A DNA stretch of 63,318 bases, counting the filler, from Conidiobolus incongruus B7586 (lineage: Eukaryota), in NCBI GenBank assembly GCA_000697335.1. It is 8 parts of 8 records of this genome, joined end to end, with 100 filler letters (N's around TTAATTAATTAA, not from the genome) between each part and the next. Parts side by side here need not be neighbours in the genome. Positions count along the whole stretch, not along the records: positions 1 to 15,576 come from JNEM01006000.1; positions 15,677 to 21,242 come from JNEM01006002.1; positions 21,343 to 46,121 come from JNEM01006003.1; 5 more parts are not named here. The stretch is one strand, 5' to 3'. Numbering within the stretch: the stretch's first letter is position 1; every line of letters starts with the position of its first letter. This document shows positions 12,785-26,246 of the stretch, one piece after another. The notes below the pieces were generated by a model, which saw only the letters and a list, made by a program, of their open reading frames with translations, had not been told where the DNA came from and ran no database searches. The position numbers and the translations under genes were made by a program.

Positions 12785-13177
12785 TTAATCTGTTTGCATA
12801 TCGGTAGTCTGTTGCTGCTCCTTCCTCTTAGCATTCAACCTCTTACCATTATCCGTACCCAACCCAGCTGCCATTTCCGCCTCCTTCTGAGTATAAGGAG
12901 CTTCCTTCAACAATCTTAATCTCTTCTTATGGTATTTACCTCTTCTGTGCTCACTCAAGGAAGTTTCATCAATAAAATATTTACTACATTGAATACAATA
13001 GTGTTGAGCTAACCCTGGTAAATCAGGATCTACTTCCTGATTTTCTAATTTAGAAGCGTTTTCAGGTTCTAAATCTTCATGAATTTGGTCCAAGTCCTTA
13101 GTTCTACGTCTCAAACGATATTTACGTTTAATATCACGAATTCCTCTATGTTTACGACTTCTGGCTAATCTACCCAT
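12785..13177 (-). CDS. BUD20: C2H2 zinc-finger ribosome biogenesis factor (Bud20/ZNF593)
   Basis: RRRTKDLDQIHEDL, DPDLPGLAQHYCIQCSKYF..HRRGKYHKKRLRLLKEAPYTQKEAEMAAG. Confidence 0.95.
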   Translation of the reverse strand: MGRLARSRKHRGIRDIKRKYRLRRRTKDLDQIHEDLEPENASKLENQEVDPDLPGLAQHYCIQCSKYFIDETSLSEHRRGKYHKKRLRLLKEAPYTQKEAEMAAGLGTDNGKRLNAKRKEQQQTTDMQTD

Positions 13178-15576
13178 TTTTTATTTTTATGTTAATTTTA
13201 AATTAAATTTAATTAAAAAAAATATTTTTTTTATTTAATTATTTATTTTAATAAATTCTATAAATTTTTCTTTTTAAATAATAATTTAATTTTAAATTAT
13301 TATTAAAATTATTTTCATAATTTAAATTTTTTTTATGGGATTATTAAATTAATTTTAATTTTTTATATATTTTTTTTAATTTTTAGAGAATATAATGAAT
13401 CATGTAGAATGTGATAACCATTTATTGCTACAAATTGAATCGTAGTATTTCCTATTTTAAAAATTTTATATAATATTTTTGAGAAATAATTTTCAATAAA
13501 ACATTGAATAATAACTACATTTTAACTGAATTCTATATTTAACACTATAATTTAACTTTGATGATATGATTTAAAGATTTGGCTATATCCTTAATGTATA
13601 TTTCTATATTTTTATATATTTGATTATTTTAAACATTAATATAAAATTAATTTCCAATATATTACTATACTCTTTTATATCAAATATCAAATTTTTAATA
13701 TCTCATAATACAATAATTAAATTTTATGATGAAAATTTGAAAATTTCTTGTAATGGTTAAAAATTTAAACAAGGACATTGCAATCTATTGTATATCAAAT
13801 GTTCTGAGTGTAAAATGACAATTGATATAATTTTTTTCAATTAATACAATTAATAGTCACCTAAAAACTATTGACGCAATATTGCCGATATATTTAATCA
13901 CTTTATATTTAAATTTTTTAGATTGATTATATTCTTTAGCTAGATTTTTGGATATCTTATAAACTGAATGATAACTATAAAAATTCAATTGATAATTATC
14001 TGGAAGGGATTACTGTTATAAATCCTTAAAGATCGATTATATCAATTAATAACAATATATAAAAAATATAAAATGTATTTTAATCAACTCTAATTTAAGA
14101 TTTATTTATATAAAAATATATCTTAATACTCATGGGAAACGGTCTTATTTGGGCAAAATATGTTTAAAATATAATGGCAAATAAATGGTGTAATTTATCA
14201 TATTATTTTATTTCATTATTAGTCATATAAAATTAAAGATCACTATGAAAGCTTCAACTAAATATTTTATTTTAAATAGACCAATTTAAGCATATTAATA
14301 TTAAGTCAATGTATTATTATCTCATTTTAACTTTGGAATAGAAAAATCAATCAAATGATCAATATACAAGTTTAATAGCATTTAATCACTTATTTTATTC
14401 AATATATATGTTTATTAATTTAGAGAATATTAAGTTCTAAATTAAATTCAAATCAAAGAATTGTCAGATAATTTTTTAAATTTAAAACTTTAATCCTTTA
14501 AAACAGATAGTCATCGATTAGAAAATAGTCAGATAAAACTATTCTCAATTATTTGGAGTTATCTGATTTAATTTATCAATATTATGAAATAAAAAAATCA
14601 CTTGATATTTTATATTTAAAAATAAATTTTAATGAGTATAATGATTTATTAAAAAATAATCAATAATTATTAATTAATTTAGTCATAAAACCAAATTATA
14701 TTTATTTTTAAAATGTTTTAATAAAATATCATTAATTATTGTTAAAATTGATAATAATAATAATGAAAATTTATATTAGAAATATTATTTAAAAATTAAT
14801 TTAATTAAAGTTTTATATAACTCATATTTCATTTTTTAACTTTCATCAATTATTAAAATGAACTTATATTTATAAAATCTATAATAATAAATAAAAATTT
14901 TGTTTAATAAAATTGTTTTTATCAATAATAGCGTTTAAAATTCTTATATATCATTTTTTATAATTGGATTAACTCTTAATTAATCAAATAATTTATAATT
15001 TTAAAGTTAATATTATTAATTAAAGTCTTGATTTAATTGATATATATGTTTTTTTCTTTTCCCTCTTAATTCTTGTTTTTTTTTTGATATTTTATCATTA
15101 ATTTTTTAAAAATAAATTTAAATTTAATATTATATATTTAATACAGTCTAATATAAATCTAAAATATCTATATTGACTTATTTATTTAGCAAGCTAAAAT
15201 ATATTTTATTTATTTTTATATTATCCTGTTATATTTATACCATATTACAAGCTATAGTATTTTAATACTAAGTTTTCCTTTGTATTATATCTATTATATT
15301 AATAGTTTATTATTTAAATATATAGAATAGTTAGTTTAGATTTAAAATAATATTTTGATATATATTGAAATAAAGAGATATATCTAAAACTAAGATTTAC
15401 TAATTTAAATTCTTTATAAAATAAAATCTTAAGTTTTTGGTTAAACTTTGATAAGTTTTTTATAGTTTTATTTATTTTATATTTTTAATAATTTTTTGGT
15501 AAATAATAAGTTAGTTATTTTTTAATCAAAGCAAGTTTAGATTTTAATATATCTTATATTTATATAATTAATTTAA

Positions 15577-15676
15577 NNNNNNNNNNNNNNNNNNNNNNNN
15601 NNNNNNNNNNNNNNNNNNNNTTAATTAATTAANNNNNNNNNNNNNNNNNNNNNNNNNNNNNNNNNNNNNNNNNNNN
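15577..15676. other. Artificial scaffold spacer; identical spacers at 21243-21342, 46122-46221, 48212-48311, 52560-52659, 55310-55409 and 61227-61326
   Basis: Each is N44 + TTAATTAATTAA (stop codons in all six frames) + N44 = 100 bp. Confidence 0.98.
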
Positions 15677-15730
15677 TAATAATTCACTATAAAAGCTTTT
15701 TTTTAATAATATTTAAGTAAGATTTACTTA

Positions 15731-17027
15731 TTACCTTAAGTTTAAAATAATGAGAAATTTTTTAATTTTTGTTTTTTCAAACATATTATTAGTTTGAAAT
15801 AAATAAATATATACAAAGTTAATAAAAAATTATATATTTTTGATATATATATATTTATAATAATTTTTTTGATTAAAAAATTAACTTTTTAAAATTAATT
15901 ATTTAATTTAGTTATATTTAAATTAAATAATAATCATCAAAAGTTTTTTATTTTAATATTAGTAAAACTTAACTAAAAGTATTTTAAAATTATTTAAAAT
16001 TTATAAGCAGCTTTTATAAATGAAATATTATTTAAATTAACAATTTATTGTTAAGTAAATTACTTTAAAGTTAAGTGAGAAACTATCAAATACCTATTAA
16101 AATCTAAAAGATTAACTTTAATTATTATTCTTTTAAATATTAATAGAATTAAAAAATATATTGAAAAGTATCTTTTTATTTCAATTAAAAAATTATTTAA
16201 GTATTTTAATATTAGTTTTATAAGTATTCTATATATATTAAAGTTTAAACTCAAATTAATAAATAAAAATATAAAATAAATACCTTATAATTTAATTAAA
16301 GCTTGAAAAGAAGCTAGAGTAATTATTGTTTAATAAAACCTATTAAAATATTACTAGAAGTTTAAACTTTTATAGTAAATAATTACAATTAATGAATCTT
16401 AAATCTTTATATATAATCATTTACTAAAACACAAATAAAAATATCAGATTAAATTAAATTAACCCTTTTTATAAATATCTTTAAATAAACAAATATTAAT
16501 TATTATAATAGATTATAATAGTATATGCTATTTTTATTTAATTTTTAAAGGAAAATCAATTACTAATTAACTTTATATTATTATTTTAAATAAAAGTATT
16601 TTTAATTAGTGTTCTTAATATAATTTGAGAAAACTTATTATTTTGTATAATAATTACAAAATATATAGATTTAAAGTTGTAAAAAACTTTCTAATTAAAA
16701 ATAACTGGAAAAAATTATCATATCTAGTATATTCTTTAGATTATAACCTATATAATTATAATTGCTTTAAACAATTAAAAAAACAGCTTATAAGAAAGAC
16801 AATTTCTATAAGAAAATTTAATTGGTTTGTGAAATATCAAATTTTGACTTTTAATAAAAAGAATTGTTTTTTAAATATTAGAAGTTTGTTAAAAATATAA
16901 CAAAAAATTATTAATAATAAAAGAAACAATTAAATTTATATTATATATTTATTTTTATATATTATATATTAAAATGTTTATTAATTTTTAATTACAAAAA
17001 ATTCCTATTATTAAAAATACAAAGTAA
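15731..17027 (+). mobile_element. Full-length (~1.3 kb) hypermutated mariner (D,D34D-type) transposon
   Basis: TA-flanked, with imperfect ~30-bp TIRs (TTACCTTAAGTTTAAAATAATGAGAAATTTT / AAAAATTCCTATTATTAAAAATACAAAGTAA). Transposase relics: K*IPYNL (WVPHxL), TINES*I (TxDESWI), ILYNNYKIY (LHDNxxxH), YSLDYNLYNY (YSPDxxPxDY). Confidence 0.85.
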
Positions 17028-17029
17028 TA

Positions 17030-17623
17030 ATAATAGTTATTTTAATTTTTTTCAGATTTAAATAATTTATAAGGTATTTATTTTATATTATTATTAATTA
17101 ATTTAAGTTTAAATTTTAATATAGATAAAATCCTTATGAGATTAATATTAAAGTATCTTGATAACTCTTTAACTAAAATAAAAGCTGTTTTTTAATATGT
17201 TATTTCATTTTATTAATAATCAATAAAGTAATAATTAAAATTAATTTTTTAAATTTTAATAAATTTTGAATAATTTTTCTTTTAATTTTAAAATAATTTA
17301 TATAGTGATAAATAGTTAATTTATATCATACTTTATTATTAAAAGCTATTTAATAATTTTAAATAGTTTTAATAGATTTATAGTTAAGTTTTATTAATAC
17401 TAAAATAAAATTCTTTTGATGATTATTATTTAATTTAAATATTATTATATTAAATAATTAATTTTTAAAAATAATTTTTTAATCAAAAAAGTTATTATAT
17501 ATATATATAATCTAGAACTTTATAATTTCTTATTTATTTTATATACTTTTAAATATTCAAAATTAATAATATGTTTGAAAAATCAAAAATTAAAAAATTT
17601 CCTATATTTTAAATTTAAGGTAA
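17030..17623 (-). mobile_element. 5' half of a second mariner copy in inverted orientation; it continues at 15677-15728 and hosts the 15731-17027 insertion
   Basis: The reverse complement matches ~15731-16325 including the left TIR. The reverse complement of 15677-15728 matches ~16330-16385. Confidence 0.8.
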
Positions 17624-20600
17624 TATCCATATAAAAACAAATATATATATTTCTATTAATATCAATATATTATTAATAGTCTTAGTAATTCTATGATAAC
17701 ATCCCTATATTACAGTATAATATAATTTCCCTTCATTAATATTTTTATAAAACCTTAACAATTATTTTAGTTTTTTTGTAATATGTATTATATATATATC
17801 TCTTCAAAATATTTTTAAATCAGGTAGTCATTTTAAGCAATTCATATCCATTATGTGCATAAAGCCAATGGTTGAAATTCCTCAATAACCTGTATTTCAA
17901 CTTGGTTTATACCATTATATGATTTTTATAAAACCATATTGGAATCATTATAATTCTGAATAAATAAACAATGAAATTTAGCAAAAAAAGGATATACCTA
18001 AAAATTATATGTAACATTTAGATTTTATTATCAAATTTATTTACTTTGTTATATCATTGATTGGCTGTTATTAGATTCACTATTATATGTAAAATATAAG
18101 ATTTGATGAAATACATATTTAATTATGAAACAATTTTATATTAATATTTGTAAACAATGATTTTTTGCAAATTAGTATTAACGTTTTGTCTACCCTTGAT
18201 ATAATATTTCGAACAATTAATGGATGTCACGATATATTTCATCCATTAAATGGTCGTTGTGATTTTGAAAAAAGTGACACTTGACTGCATTTTTTCAAAT
18301 ATCAAGATCAATCAATATCAATATTATATATGCTACTAAACTCTAACAACTATATTTACACTATTATAAAATAATTACAATTACATCAAATCCTGATTTT
18401 CAAACATGTATAGTTTTTATAAAATAGCAACCTTGTATTTGTATTTATAAAAATATATTAGCATTCTTAATATCATTGAAATAGAGTTAAGGTTATTGAT
18501 CATTCCACTGACCTTACAATGGCAATTACAGGGATTAATAAATTGAAACATATAGATAAAACTGTTTTTAACAATAGAGCTTTTCCCAATTTATTGATTC
18601 CTTTTTCGATGTTGAATGAATAAAATCATATTGTTTAAATTATAGTCGATTGAATATTGGATGATAAAAATAGAATATTGATATTAAATAAATGATCCAA
18701 TCCTTTAAGGTAAGTCTAGGATATTAATTAATATATATACCTTTAATATAATGATTCCACCATCTAAATATTTTAAAATTATATTTTGAAATCAAAATTT
18801 AGAATGAAAATTGCAGTAATTTGATAATATTATGTTTATCAAATATATGTAAACATTCTTATATTTTTTGAGAAATAATGAACCATTATACAGTATTGAA
18901 CAACAGATATATAATTAATTTGTTAATATCTCAAAAAAAGTTTTATTAATTTAAACCAAATACTTAAAATTTTTCGAAAATAATTATCAATGATCAATCG
19001 AATACTAAATCAATGAGTTTGAAAAACGATTTTGGATGCAATTGTAATTACTTTGAATCAATGAAATATTGCTAAAATTAGCTGCGAACATTTGTTCAAG
19101 TAATTGTTATAAATAAAATAATTTCTGTGCCAATTATTATGGTAACTCTGCAGTTATTAAATTGGTTAATCCCTTTAGTGAGAATAAAGAGTCGTGCAAG
19201 CGTCTTTCAATTATTCGTTGCATGTGCACAGGAGCTGGATGCTCATTATATTCAAAAGAAATTAACAATGCAAATTGATTTATGAACTCGGGTTACCTTA
19301 ATCTTGTTCCAAACCAACTTGATATGAACTGAAAGGAGCTTCGATCAAGACATGAAGAACTCGAAAAATATTAATCGAGAAAAGAAGAAAACCATATCTT
19401 AGTCCATAATGGACTTAGATCGATGTTATTTAGGAAACAAAGCCATACTCAATCTGAAGGTATACTCGGTAAAATAAGCAACACATGATGTCAATATAAT
19501 ACTAATGACGGCGCATGCGTATTCAACAACCTATCCAAACAATTAAAACCTTGCAGAAATAAAATGACTTCTACTGAACTTATCATTGATCAAATTATCA
19601 GAAATATAATTAAGATCCTCTGGAATTTAATGAGATTCGAAGTAATGTTCACAAGATTAATCATAAACCTAAATTTAGTTTTTTGGTGATATGTTAATAG
19701 GTCCGAACGCAGTGTTGCTATAGTGATGCTTCCTTTGGATATGGTGCTCAGTACACTATTTTATATTTATTTGAAATAAATAAAGCTTTTGGAAGTATCA
19801 ATAACAATACAATCGACTATGGTGGTGTTAAAGAAGATATCATGCGATTAACCTACAATCATTCCAATTTATCAGTGAGAATACCTGTAAACAAAAAATT
19901 TTATATATTTATGACTCATTTTTATTAACTCAAGCTGGTGCGGGAAGTTTTGTAATAGATCAAACATGAGTCAATATGAACTCGATAATATGAGCAGTAA
20001 AATCTCAGACTAAATGATGTGAACGATTTTAATAAGGATAAAAAAGGAAATCACACCACTATTAGTAAGTCATTGGTTTTATAATATGGTCCTTATTAAG
20101 CTTTAAGTATTATAACCAAAATATGGGAAAACTCTTAAATAATGTATTGATTGAAGTGAGTAAAGCCTCATGTTATAGTACTTTTGTCTAGAAAGCATTA
20201 TTCGCAGATTATAAGATTTATAGTGAGTGGGTTACTGCATATGGAATCCCATTCAAAGATATTCCTTTACTCACAAATACTTCTATAACTGAGTGCGAAG
20301 AGTAGCAACTAAGATACCCAGTTGAATATAGAAATATTTTTCGGTCACGCCAGAAAATTGTTGTAAGATTGGAATTGATAGTAGTATAAGATTATTAATA
20401 ATGATGCTGTATATATTCTGATTAAATATTTTAATCACCCAGAATATAAATACATAGTTTTGTTTATTTGGATATGACAATGTTTTTTAATATGATAATA
20501 AAATCTGGAGTTTAATAATTAGTTTTTAAAACGTATTGATATATGTTATTGGATGAAATATTAATTTCACTTGACTATTCAGGTTTTAAAACATTCTGTC

Positions 20601-20901
20601 ACTTATTATCTGTCTTACTTTTCAGGAACTGGTTTAATATATGATTATATATTTAACCCTGATGAAAATAATAATTAATGAAATTATAATAGAATAGAAA
20701 TTTCGAGGTCAACTTATATCAGATAAATATTCATAATCGTGTGATTCTGTATCCTTAAATTAAATATATTAAACTGATTTCTTATTAAGGATAGGCAGTA
20801 ATAAAGCTTTGGTTGCTTTGAATTAAAATGTATGATATTATACTGATACTTATTTGTCGAAGTAATGTATTTCAATATATCAATGAATAAATATTCAGAG
20901 G

Positions 20902-21242
20902 TTATAAATGCTCGAAATCTAATCTCAAATCTTTTGTAGCCAATGTCAAGTTGACATCAACTGGTAATGGCTTACCACTTGGATATGATCCAGATGGATT
21001 GATCTGATAGCGTCGAATAAGATATGAAATTATTATCCTCATTTCTGCCATTGCAAATCTCCATCCAAGGCACATTCTACTTCCTCCTCCAAATGAAAAC
21101 CAATTGCATTCTAACTTCTTAGTATCAATCGCTCCATTTAAGAATCTTGTAGGATCAAACTCATTCGGGTTTTTGAAATAGTCAGGATTTCGATGAATCG
21201 AATAGATGTTAGTATAGATTTTGGTACCAGCTGGAATCAATA
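20902..21242 (-). CDS. Cytochrome P450, C-terminal fragment (5' part lost in gap)
   Basis: IPAGT..IHRNPDYF..FDPTRF (PERF) and heme motif FSFGGGSRMCLG. Confidence 0.93.
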
Positions 21243-21342
21243 NNNNNNNNNNNNNNNNNNNNNNNNNNNNNNNNNNNNNNNNNNNNTTAATTAATTAANN
21301 NNNNNNNNNNNNNNNNNNNNNNNNNNNNNNNNNNNNNNNNNN

Positions 21343-21863
21343 CTAATATCATCACTGGCCAAGGTACTGCTATGTTGGAATTGGAAGAACAAGCTAGAGA
21401 GATGGGATATGAGTTAGATGCCGTCATTGCTCCAGTCGGTGGTGGTGGTTTATTATCAGGAACCTGTATTTCCGCTAAAGGAATCAATCCTGAAAAACCC
21501 ATACCAGTGTTCGCAGGAGAACCTAAGGGCGCTGATGACTGTTATAGATCCTTGCAAGAAGGAAAATTAATCCCTATGGTTGATCCCAAAACCTGTGCCG
21601 ATGGCTTATTAACCAGTATGAAGGAACACACCTATGCTATTATTAAAGATCATGTCGAAAAGGTATATACTGTAGGCGAGGATGAAATTCGTGCTGCTCA
21701 AAAATTAGTTTTGGAAAGAATGAAGATTGTCATTGAGCCTTCTTCAGCTGTGCCTATAGCTGCTTTGCTTGATAAAAACAATATTCAGACCGAATATCCT
21801 CATATTAAAACTATTGGTGTAATCATCAGTGGTGGAAATATTGATTTGACTAAATTATTCTAA
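21343..21863 (+). CDS. PLP-dependent serine racemase / threonine dehydratase family protein, C-terminal fragment
   Basis: ITGQGTAMLE, VIAPVGGGGLLSG, TCADGL, ERMKIVIEPSSA and IISGGNID. The 5' end is at a gap. Confidence 0.9.
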
Positions 21864-22349
21864 AATATATAATTATTTATTGATAAAAAGTGAATATTAT
21901 CGTTATGTAATGTAATATTTTGAAATAAAAAATTACTTTATCGATCTTATTTTAACCTATTATACAATTTTTTAATAATGTATTTTTATACCATGATTGA
22001 CAAAATAATATTTAATAATCATTCGATTTTACCAATTTATTGTAATTTTTTAAAAATCTGAAAATAAATTGTGATAATTCAACATAGGGGTTTGTGTAAT
22101 AATGAAAATCTAAAGATATAATATGAATAGGATGTCCATTATTTATAGTTGTAAGATAAATATATATATATTCTATAACTATTAAGAATATTAACCTAAA
22201 ATAAAGTAGGTAGTAATTTATTTAAATCATTGATAAATCATTGTAATTTAAATTCATATATATTTTTAAATAATGTTGATAATATAGTTTTAATACGATT
22301 AAAGATAATTGATTTTACATTGATATTTGCAATAATATCATAAATTGAA

Positions 22350-23704
22350 TTATAATTGAGCTTCTTCACCATTAATAAATAATCTGAGAAGGTTCAAATC
22401 TTCGTCTAAGAACAAGAAATCGGCATCGGCACCACAGTTCAAAGTACCCTTTCTGTCTTGGATGCCCAAAACTTGAGCTGGGTGAAGTGTGGCAGCTTCA
22501 ATGGCTTCAACAGTTGTACATCCTGTGAATTTCTTGAAGTTTTGGACACATTCGTACATCTTGACATTGGATCCGGCAATGGTGTCAGTGCCAGCAATTG
22601 TGATTTTCTTACCCTTAACTTCAACGTTCATCTTACCCAAAGTATAAGAGCCTTCAGCTAAACCGGCGGCAGCCATGGCATCAGTGACTAAACAGGCACC
22701 CTTAGGGTGGGAGTAGTAAGCGATCTTAACTGAGTTGGGGTGAACGTGGACACCATCACAGATGATGCCATAGAATGGGCGTTCCAAAGAAGATCCAAGT
22801 AAACCAATACATCCAGGATCTCTGTGGTGGAATTGATTCATAGCATTGAATAAGTGAGTAACCATCTTAGCACCTCTGCGAACACCTTCTTCAGCCACTG
22901 TGGTGGGAGCAGCAGTGTGACCCAAGCTGACAGCGGGAATTCTCTTAACTAACTCGGGAATGGCATCAAGCATACCTTCAACATCAGGTGCGACGGTAAT
23001 CAAGCTGATAGCCTTATTATGATTGTCAAGGTTACCATAGACAGATTCTAAATCTGAAATACCGTTCTTGGCATCTCTGAGAGTGTTGACATCATGAGCA
23101 CCATACTTCAAATCGCTCATGAAGGGTCCTTCAAGATGGGCACCCAAAATTTCAGCACCGTCTTCAACAGTACCCTTTCTAGGAACTAAAGCAGGTAAAA
23201 CCTAATCAAATGGATACTTTTAGTTACCAAAGGTAAAATTAATTAATAATGAAGTAGTTACTCTTTCGTAAACATTGGGGAAGGAACTGACAATGGTGGG
23301 GCAGTAAGAGGTAACACCCTGATCTAAAATAGCTTTGGATACTTTTTTAAGACCTTCTTCAATGGTTTGGTAATCACCAGTGAAATCAACACCGTAAGCA
23401 CCTAAATAAAATTGAACGAAAATAATTAGCTATGTGAATAGATATTTTTTGGATAATAATACTTACCATTAATTTGTAATTCAATAAAACCGGGGACTAC
23501 TAAAGAGCCTTGAGCATCAATAATTTGATCAGGTGAACTCTTTTCTTCATAGAAGAGTTGAGCAGGGTCAACAAACTTTCCGTCTCTAATCCATAAATAA
23601 TCATTTTCGATAATTTTGCCATCTTTTAAAATGCGACCATTGATAATTTTGGTGATTTTGTTGTTAGATACTAATGAAGTTGGACTTTCGACTGATGGAG
23701 GCAT
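22350..23704 (-). CDS. DAC1: N-acetylglucosamine-6-phosphate deacetylase (exons 23704-23467, 23401-23262, 23201-22350)
   Basis: VVPGFIELQING|AYGVDF, GVTSYCPT, GAHLEGPF, SLGHT, THLFNAM, DGVHVHP, LVTDAM and TIAGS. Spliced length 1230 nt, in frame. Confidence 0.96.
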
Positions 23705-26164
23705 TATGATATGTGATATGAGTTAAAATAAAGAAATAATATTATTAACTTAATGTTCAAAATAGTATAATGAAAAAACATGGAAATGGAAAGATATCGC
23801 AATGATTTATAGTCCTTAGGTTCAACAATGTGTTATGATAAGTTGCCACCCTCCAAAGACTCAACGTTTAATTCCCATTCTTCTCTCGGTTATCTTAATT
23901 AAATCTTGAGCTTCAGCCAATCAAATACCGCTATCAAGTACATACAATGAGTTCAAAATAAATGAGTTAAATTGGTAGGAAATTGAGTGGGTAAAATTGC
24001 ATAAACCATTTATGAAATCATTCATTCCATTTGTTACTTGTGGAATAATTCCATATCCTTCACCCACTTGTCACTGATACCTTCTTTACGGTATAAGCCA
24101 TACACTTTGCCAGCCACGTTATTTTTCATACCTATTCACAATCGCTATCACCATAGCTTTATCAATCAATTCATCAACCATATCATTTTAACTTAATTAA
24201 TCTGATTAATATACCAAAGATTTTGAAAATTAAAATTTATCAGATATTAAAAAATTTAATAAATTTGATTAAATTTAGATAGTTTTTTAATTGTCCCATC
24301 ATAATCAACCTATTTTCCATTGATCCATATATTTTTTTAGTAAATTTTCGAAGTTTATATGTCACTTGATATTTTTAATATATTATCACATTATTTAAGT
24401 TTGATATATTAGGATGGTTAGATTAATAATTTTAGTATTATTTGCTATAATTTCTGTAAGATATAATATCACAACAATGCATGCATGGTAAGCAGTAGTA
24501 ATAAATGATTTGATATTTTTTGATAAAGTGAAATTATTAACAAACTAGAGAAAACAATTAAAATCACTTTCCCATTAAATTAAATCCGATATCAGATTAT
24601 GGAATAGTCACTCTTTTCAACATTTACCAAAATAAACAAAATTTTAACCAGTATCTAATAATTATAAATAACAACATAAGTTATGATCGTTTCATGAGTT
24701 AAAAATTATAAATATTATCATCGAAATTTATTTGAATAATAGATTTAGAGAATATAAAATATTAGTGTGATGTTTGTTTGATATATTAGATTACAATCAC
24801 TTTCCCACCATATCGGGACAACTCAATTGTATTATTCCCTTAACCCCTTTTGGCCATCTGATTACATTGATAGAAACTAAGTGACTTGGATAATATTTCG
24901 AAAAAAATTGTATCAATATGATAAATAATTAATATTATTTCAAAAGTTGGTGAATACAAATTATTTTAGTACCTAAAATGATTGGCTTATTGATTGAGAT
25001 AGCGGTCGAATTAACTTTTAAAATATTCAGTTTAAAATTATTACATCATAAAGAGTAAAATATTATAAAATTTGAAAGGTTGTGTTATTAACTATTCGAT
25101 GATATATTAATAGTTGATATAAGAACAAAATTTAATATAAATTTTATGAATAAAATTATCAATTAATTATTAGATTGAAAATATAATACAATAGAATTTC
25201 TAATGAAAAGTTAAAATCTAATACTTGGATTCTATTTTTATTATCTCAAGTTAATATATTATAATTCAGTTTTGATAAAATATAAAGAATAATGATTAAT
25301 AACACAATTGAGCAAATATTTGAATAGTGTAATAATATTTTTGATTGGAAAGTTGAATTAACTATTTTGAATTTTATATTAGCTGTGAACTAGGTTTTAA
25401 TAGCACTACACAATTGGATACAATGATCGAAAAAAAATTTAATAGTATAGAATGCCACTGTTTGATAGTTTCTAATAACTATTTTCCATATATAGATTGA
25501 ACTAGGTAAATAGATTATTCAAGTATATAAAGATATTTTTGAATTTATCAAATTTATGGTAATGTTGTATGGTTATTATTGTTTTCATTTTCCCATATTT
25601 TTTTTCAGTTCACTGAAAAAAAATATTAAAATCAGCGCAACGCAAGTCATATATAATTATTAAAGGTTTTTTAATATTGAATACATTGATAAAATTCGAA
25701 AAATAATTAAATTGATTAATAAAGAAATTAACAAATTGAAGAGATTATTAATAAAAAAGAATAATAAACATCAAACAAACAACCATATTATATATTCGAA
25801 CATTAGCAAAGGTATCTTTATACAACTACATTATACGATAGTTGAAGAATTTAATAATGTATCAATATAACAAGCAAAATTTGATTAATTTATTAAAAAA
25901 TAGCTTGGTAACTATTAGGATTAAAACTTTTCAATTACTGTTAAAATACTTTGATAAGAACTATACATATATATTATATCAAATATTAAAAATTAGAATA
26001 TACATGGGATTCCTATTAAAATGTTTATAGATTACTTTGATTATAAAAATGAATAATGGAAATAAAAAAAATCTTATAATATCTATAGATGATAAAAATA
26101 TATTTTAAAAACAAGAGTATACACATAAAAATTAAAAAAAAATGTATAGTAGGCATTTTCCAAA

Positions 26165-26236
26165 AGCTCTGCCTGAGAATCGAACTCAGATCGCAGGATT
26201 CAAAGTCCTGAGTGCTAACCATTACACCAGCGGAGC
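26165..26236 (-). tRNA. tRNA-Gln(TTG)
   Basis: GCTCCGCTGGTGTAATGGTTAGCACTCAGGACTTTGAATCCTGCGATCTGAGTTCGATTCTCAGGCAGAGCT folds as a cloverleaf with intact A/B boxes and a T4 run at the 3' end. One C5:A68 mismatch in the acceptor stem. Confidence 0.92.
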
Positions 26237-26246
26237 ATAATAATTT

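Noticed and set aside
14640..15576. Very AT-rich block resembling the hypermutated repeats
   Set aside because: No termini or protein motifs could be recovered, so it is left unclassified.
15621..15632. Recurrent TTAATTAATTAA palindrome inside N runs (7 times)
   Set aside because: Synthetic six-frame-stop scaffold linker, not biological.
16060..16900. Short I/K/N/L-rich ORFs in AT-rich DNA (also 25842-26030 and 35064-35300) and antisense ORFs within real genes
   Set aside because: Compositional artefacts or fragments of the mutated mariner transposase, not independent genes.
18217..18305. Two adjacent hairpins (TTAATGGATG/CATCCATTAA and TTTGAAAAAA/TTTTTTCAAA)
   Set aside because: Short AT-rich stems with no recognisable snoRNA boxes, Helitron end or second copy; could be chance.
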